The position numbers and the translations under genes were made by a program. Of a stretch of DNA of 10,859 nucleotides, positions 7,458 through 10,859 are shown piece by piece. A model generated the notes under the pieces. That model had not been told where the DNA came from and ran no database searches. It saw only the letters and a list, made by a program, of their open reading frames with translations. Position 1 is the stretch's first letter, and each line of letters begins with the position of its first letter. Origin of the DNA: a virus (lineage: Duplodnaviria; Heunggongvirae; Uroviricota; Caudoviricetes); IMG/VR virus record IMGVR_UViG_2531839202_000008, positions 68,798-79,656 of that record; one strand, given 5' to 3'.

Positions 7458-8204
7458 CTAGTGCGGTACCTCATCGAGACCGTTCTCCCGCAACGTGGCG
7501 GTTACCGCCTCGACAACCCGCGCGGCAGGCCAGTCATCCGGCGCCGAAATCAGGGTGCCGCCAGCAAGTTTGGTCGCAGTCAGCCGGTCAACAAGATGGC
7601 TGACCGTACCGACCTCTGCGCTGATCCATGTTCGGTAGCCGACGCCGATCTTCCAGTTGCCACGGCGAGCGAGACGACGCACTGCGAGATCCGCGAATTC
7701 GGTGGTTGCAGGCTCCCACGTCTCGACCACCGCAGCGGTTACGGCGTCGGCATCCACGGACCGCAGCGCGTTCTCATGCGCTTCACGGAGCTCGACCGCC
7801 AGACGGCGGCGAGGTAGCCGCTGTCCGACTGCTGGGTGACCGGCTGCGATACGCACCAGGGGGGAAACACGGGGGCCTGCGCCCGAGATGGTGAAGGAGT
7901 AACCCTCACCGGGTAGCGCATCACCGATATCTTCCGAGGCCCCTACGAATTCACGAACAGGATGTTTGCGAACTATGTTGACCAGTTCGTCGGGGGAACC
8001 TTCCCACAGTTCCCAACCGTTGTCGGCCGCAAGCTGCCAGCTCGATACGTCGAACGCTGATTGCAACGAACGGAGCAGGCTGTCGGTGCGTGCGGCGATC
8101 CATTCGGGAGATTCGCCAGCTGCTACCCGGAGAGCGAGCAGCGACGGCCGCGATGCGCCCCAGACTGGGATTTGCACCTCGTTCACAGCTGCCACCTCAC
8201 TCAT
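7458..8204 (-). CDS. Putative immunity protein, Imm52-like, 248 aa
   Basis: ATGA overlap with the toxin stop. The C-terminal GVGYRTWIS...ATKLAGGTLISAP resembles Imm52 proteins, which typically accompany Tox-REase-5 toxins. Confidence 0.78.
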   Translation of the reverse strand: MSEVAAVNEVQIPVWGASRPSLLALRVAAGESPEWIAARTDSLLRSLQSAFDVSSWQLAADNGWELWEGSPDELVNIVRKHPVREFVGASEDIGDALPGEGYSFTISGAGPRVSPLVRIAAGHPAVGQRLPRRRLAVELREAHENALRSVDADAVTAAVVETWEPATTEFADLAVRRLARRGNWKIGVGYRTWISAEVGTVSHLVDRLTATKLAGGTLISAPDDWPAARVVEAVTATLRENGLDEVPH

Positions 8205-10195
8205 GGTTTCGGAGTGTAGATGACCTCTACACCGTAGACACCGTTTGAATCGAACAGGTCACGAAGGGCCGCAGCGCCATAGGGGTCGGATACGTGCCAT
8301 TCGAGTTTCGCACCTTGCGGGAGCGCACCGAGCTGTCGGTCAACTTGTTCGAGCGCCGACTCTGCCCGCCCCATCCAGTACGCGTTGTCCGGCGCGAACG
8401 CCAAGCCCCGAAAGCCGTCCTTGGCTTCAAGAAAGACCTCTTGCGGGCCGCGATAGGTGTGCCCGTCGAAGGAAACAGGGGCTCCCGTATCAAGGTCATG
8501 TTGCACCCATTCGGGCAGTGCTCCGCTGGGTGTTCGTTCAATTCCTCCGATTTGTTCTTGGTACGGCATCCAGTCTTTGTCGAAGTTGTGGTTTATGTGC
8601 TTCCAGCCTGGCTCGGTATCGCCCTTGTTCCATGTGGCCTCGGGGGTGCCAGGGGGCCAGCCGCCCGGGTGGTGCGGGTCTCCAGAGGCGTAGTGCTGGC
8701 CAGCTCCCGGGTCGAACTCGTGCGGCGTTGGCGGCTGATAAGGCGCAGGGGGCGTGTGATCGCCTACCGGAATGTTGTGCTCGGCCGCTGGCGGCACAGG
8801 GTGGTCCACGCCCGGCGCTGACGTGTAGTGGCCGGGAGTGGCGTCATCGAGTCCGTGGGTGAGGGCGCGTCCTTCGGTGCCGAGTAGTGCACCTTCGCCG
8901 CCCACGGGTGCCGTTGCGATGCCCGCGGCAATTTCTATGCCGTGCTTGCCGATGAAGGCTTTGGGGTTATCAATGCCGGATTTGACCTCATCGATAGCAC
9001 CCTCGGCCCTGTCAATGCCACGTTCGACCTGGTGGACGGGATCGGGGTTGACCACATCCCACAGACCTTTTGCGACGCCGGTCCACGCCTCTTTCGCGTG
9101 GTCCCCACCGTTGATGCCCAACAGGTCATCCTTGGCGCGGCCAGCTTGATCCCACGACTCGGCGAAGGCCTCACCGCCAGTTTGCCGGACACGCTCAGGC
9201 GTACCGGGTTCAGGTGTTGCGACCATGGGGCGGTCCTGCTGAGCGCCCTTGATGGCCTCGGACAGCTTGGCCTCCACCTGATCGGGCGGGTACTGCGTGG
9301 CCAAGATGCTGCGGAACTTGTCGATGGCCGCTTTGCCCTGCGGGGTGTTGGGGTCCAGCTTGGGCGCGGGCACCGCGCGCGCATCCGGTGGAGTGGGAGG
9401 CTTGTCCAAAGGGCTTTTGGGCTCGTTAATACCCATCACGCCCAGGTTCCCGGTCAGACCGCCCAGCCTGCTCGGATCAACGGGCGGCTTGTCGCCAGGA
9501 GAGGGCGGACCGAGCACGGGCGCGTGTGGATCGGTGGCGGTAGCGGCTGCGGCCTGTGTGCCGGCCGGGTCGGCGGCCTTGGGGTACTGCTGTTTGTAGT
9601 CGATCGTCTCGGCTGCTGGTTGGCCTGGCGTGGCCTCGCGCAGGATCTTGCGCGCATCGACTAGGGCCGCTTTGGGGTTGATGCGGGAGAGCATTTTCTC
9701 GCGCGCGGCATCGGTCTGTGTCTTGAGTTCTTGGGTGGCCTTCTCCCACTTGGCGACATACTCGCGTAGTTCGCGCTCTGCGTCGGCCACGATCTGTTTG
9801 TTGCGGGCCACCGACTTTTCGCTTTCACCCTCGGCCGGGTGATAGGTCATCGTGAAGTCTTGGCTGACCGTGACGCCCTCGCGCAGCGCGTTGGTGACGA
9901 TGTTCTGCCCGCTGGTCAACGGTGGCAAGACCTCGAACTCGATGGTGGCGCTGACGAGCTTGACAGCATCTTCGGTGGTGTCGTCGGCGTTATCGGTGCC
10001 CTTGCAGTCATCGGCGGCGGCTTCCTGGGCGGCGCCCGCGAATTGCCCAGACCAGTAGGTTCCGTTCGGGGTGGTGGCCCACCGTTTGTAGTCGTCGTAG
10101 GTGGCTTTCAACGCCGCCGTGCGCGGCCGCAAACTGTCCACCACCGCCATATAGTCGTTGGCCTTCTTGGCCATGAACTCATCGAGGGTCGTCAC
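8201..10195 (-). CDS. ESX/type VII-secreted polymorphic toxin, 664 aa: WXG-type N-terminus, Pro-rich linkers, C-terminal Tox-REase-5-like nuclease
   Basis: GTG start with SD GAGG. W48-S-G50 followed by AGAAQEAA and GVTVSQDFTMT. Last 120 aa: YQEQIGG...VSFDG(D577)...FLEAK(E590,K592)...EQVDRQ...LEWHV. Confidence 0.88.
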   Translation of the reverse strand: MTTLDEFMAKKANDYMAVVDSLRPRTAALKATYDDYKRWATTPNGTYWSGQFAGAAQEAAADDCKGTDNADDTTEDAVKLVSATIEFEVLPPLTSGQNIVTNALREGVTVSQDFTMTYHPAEGESEKSVARNKQIVADAERELREYVAKWEKATQELKTQTDAAREKMLSRINPKAALVDARKILREATPGQPAAETIDYKQQYPKAADPAGTQAAAATATDPHAPVLGPPSPGDKPPVDPSRLGGLTGNLGVMGINEPKSPLDKPPTPPDARAVPAPKLDPNTPQGKAAIDKFRSILATQYPPDQVEAKLSEAIKGAQQDRPMVATPEPGTPERVRQTGGEAFAESWDQAGRAKDDLLGINGGDHAKEAWTGVAKGLWDVVNPDPVHQVERGIDRAEGAIDEVKSGIDNPKAFIGKHGIEIAAGIATAPVGGEGALLGTEGRALTHGLDDATPGHYTSAPGVDHPVPPAAEHNIPVGDHTPPAPYQPPTPHEFDPGAGQHYASGDPHHPGGWPPGTPEATWNKGDTEPGWKHINHNFDKDWMPYQEQIGGIERTPSGALPEWVQHDLDTGAPVSFDGHTYRGPQEVFLEAKDGFRGLAFAPDNAYWMGRAESALEQVDRQLGALPQGAKLEWHVSDPYGAAALRDLFDSNGVYGVEVIYTPKP

Positions 10196-10205
10196 GGCTG
10201 GAGCC

Positions 10206-10517
10206 TCATGCGCGTTGCGGCGGCTGGTAGATGCTCGGCAACTTGTAGTACCCGGCGTGCAGCTGCTCGGTGGTCAAGAAGCCCTTGTGTGCCTCGTCGT
10301 ACACATCGCTGATCGCCTCCAGCCGAGCGGCGGCGATGCGCTCCACATCCGATATCGCTTTCGAGAAAGCCTCAAGCGCCGCCAAACCCGGATCCGCCCC
10401 AGGGGTCACATGGTCTGCCGGGATACGCCCCCGGATCTGCCTGGCACTCTCGCGCAGATGCGGACCAATCTTGGCCATCGCGTCAAGGTCGGCCTGCAAC
10501 ACCTTATCGTCGCTCAC
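10206..10517 (-). CDS. 103-aa ESX-substrate-like (WXG100/ESAT-6-like helical hairpin) partner protein; start reassigned from TTG 10583 to GTG 10517
   Basis: SD AAGGGGG 5 nt upstream. VLQADLDAM start, two long predicted helices around a Pro/Gly turn, F80-x-x-x-E84 near the C-terminus. Its size and position directly upstream of the toxin fit this role. Confidence 0.75.
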   Translation of the reverse strand: MSDDKVLQADLDAMAKIGPHLRESARQIRGRIPADHVTPGADPGLAALEAFSKAISDVERIAAARLEAISDVYDEAHKGFLTTEQLHAGYYKLPSIYQPPQRA

Positions 10518-10549
10518 ACCTGCCCCCTTGCCCGATCTGGTTACGGGGC

Positions 10550-10555
10550 ACACTA
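10550..10555 (-). promoter_or_regulatory. Possible -10 hexamer (TAGTGT) for the toxin cassette
   Basis: TANNNT in the 81-nt intergenic gap, about 33 nt upstream of GTG 10517. The -35 is weak (TTGCCC at 19-nt spacing). Confidence 0.25.
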
Positions 10556-10598
10556 CAACAGCAGTAGCCAACGTGGGCAACAAGCGAGCAGCAATCCG

Positions 10599-10859
10599 TC
10601 AATCGTCATCCGGCACGGCGCGCAGGCCGCGGCGTGGGGATCGTGCTTGTAGATCCCGAACTGCCCCGGCGAAGCTGTCAGCCATCCTGCGCACGTAATC
10701 GTCGTTAATGTACATTTTGGCGGATTGCCGCCCGATGCCCATAAATTCGGCGGTCATGTCGAGCTTGCCGGATATATGCACGCGCGCCATTTCCTCGGTC
10801 ATGACCAAGGCATGCCGCTCGGCGAGATACTGCACGAGCAACTGGGCGCGTTCGTTCAT
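10599..10859 (-). CDS. 86-aa hypothetical protein; start is at the window edge and may extend further
   Basis: Open frame from ATG 10859 to TGA 10599, co-oriented with the cassette. No recognisable motif. Confidence 0.65.
   Translation of the reverse strand: MNERAQLLVQYLAERHALVMTEEMARVHISGKLDMTAEFMGIGRQSAKMYINDDYVRRMADSFAGAVRDLQARSPRRGLRAVPDDD

Larger units (their letters stand above)
1..10859. mobile_element. Mycobacterial prophage segment (tail, lysis and toxin-immunity accessory region); no att site or integrase within the window
   Basis: Gene order is minor tail genes, lysA, lysB, holin, with tight stop/start overlaps. LysB is typical of phages infecting mycolic-acid hosts. A convergent ESX-type toxin cassette of this kind is known from M. 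abscessus/chelonae prophages. Confidence 0.92.

Noticed and set aside
8245-9664. Long + strand ORFs antisense to the toxin (8245-8862, 8294-8821, 8942-9664), and similar shadows opposite the tail and lysis genes
   Set aside because: Expected stop-poor shadow frames in high-GC coding DNA. They are Arg/Pro/Ala-biased and carry no motifs.
10206-10583. 125-aa version of the partner protein from TTG 10583
   Set aside because: No SD before the TTG. GTG 10517 has a good SD and gives the ~100-aa size typical of ESX partners.
1-10859. CRISPR array, tRNA/rRNA, IS element, integrase/att site, orphan immunity array
   Set aside because: No regularly spaced nucleotide repeats, cloverleaf, transposase or recombinase motifs were seen, and only one immunity-like gene is present.

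Overview
A GC-rich mycobacterial prophage segment; the gene content suggests an M. abscessus/chelonae-type siphovirus prophage (inference). The + strand (1-6883) carries the end of the virion operon (two Gly-rich minor tail proteins, a 151-codon gene broken by an in-frame TAA, a 120-aa structural protein) and the lysis cassette (48-aa membrane gene, LysA with an M15-type peptidase, LysB, an r1t-like holin, an 83-aa membrane/coiled-coil protein). A perfect 16-bp-stem hairpin (6912-6950) separates this from a convergent - strand accessory block. That block holds an 86-aa unknown ORF, a 103-aa ESX-substrate-like helical protein, a 664-aa WXG-type polymorphic toxin with a C-terminal Tox-REase-5-like PD-(D/E)xK nuclease, a translationally coupled Imm52-like immunity gene, and a frameshifted putative lipoprotein/membrane gene. 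The toxin cassette belongs to a known class (phage-encoded ESX-secreted toxin, PEST). The least explained elements are the two broken genes, which the ORF track misreports, the unknown ORFs flanking the cassette, and the structured lysB-holin spacer. All family assignments come from motif recognition by eye, not from database searches.
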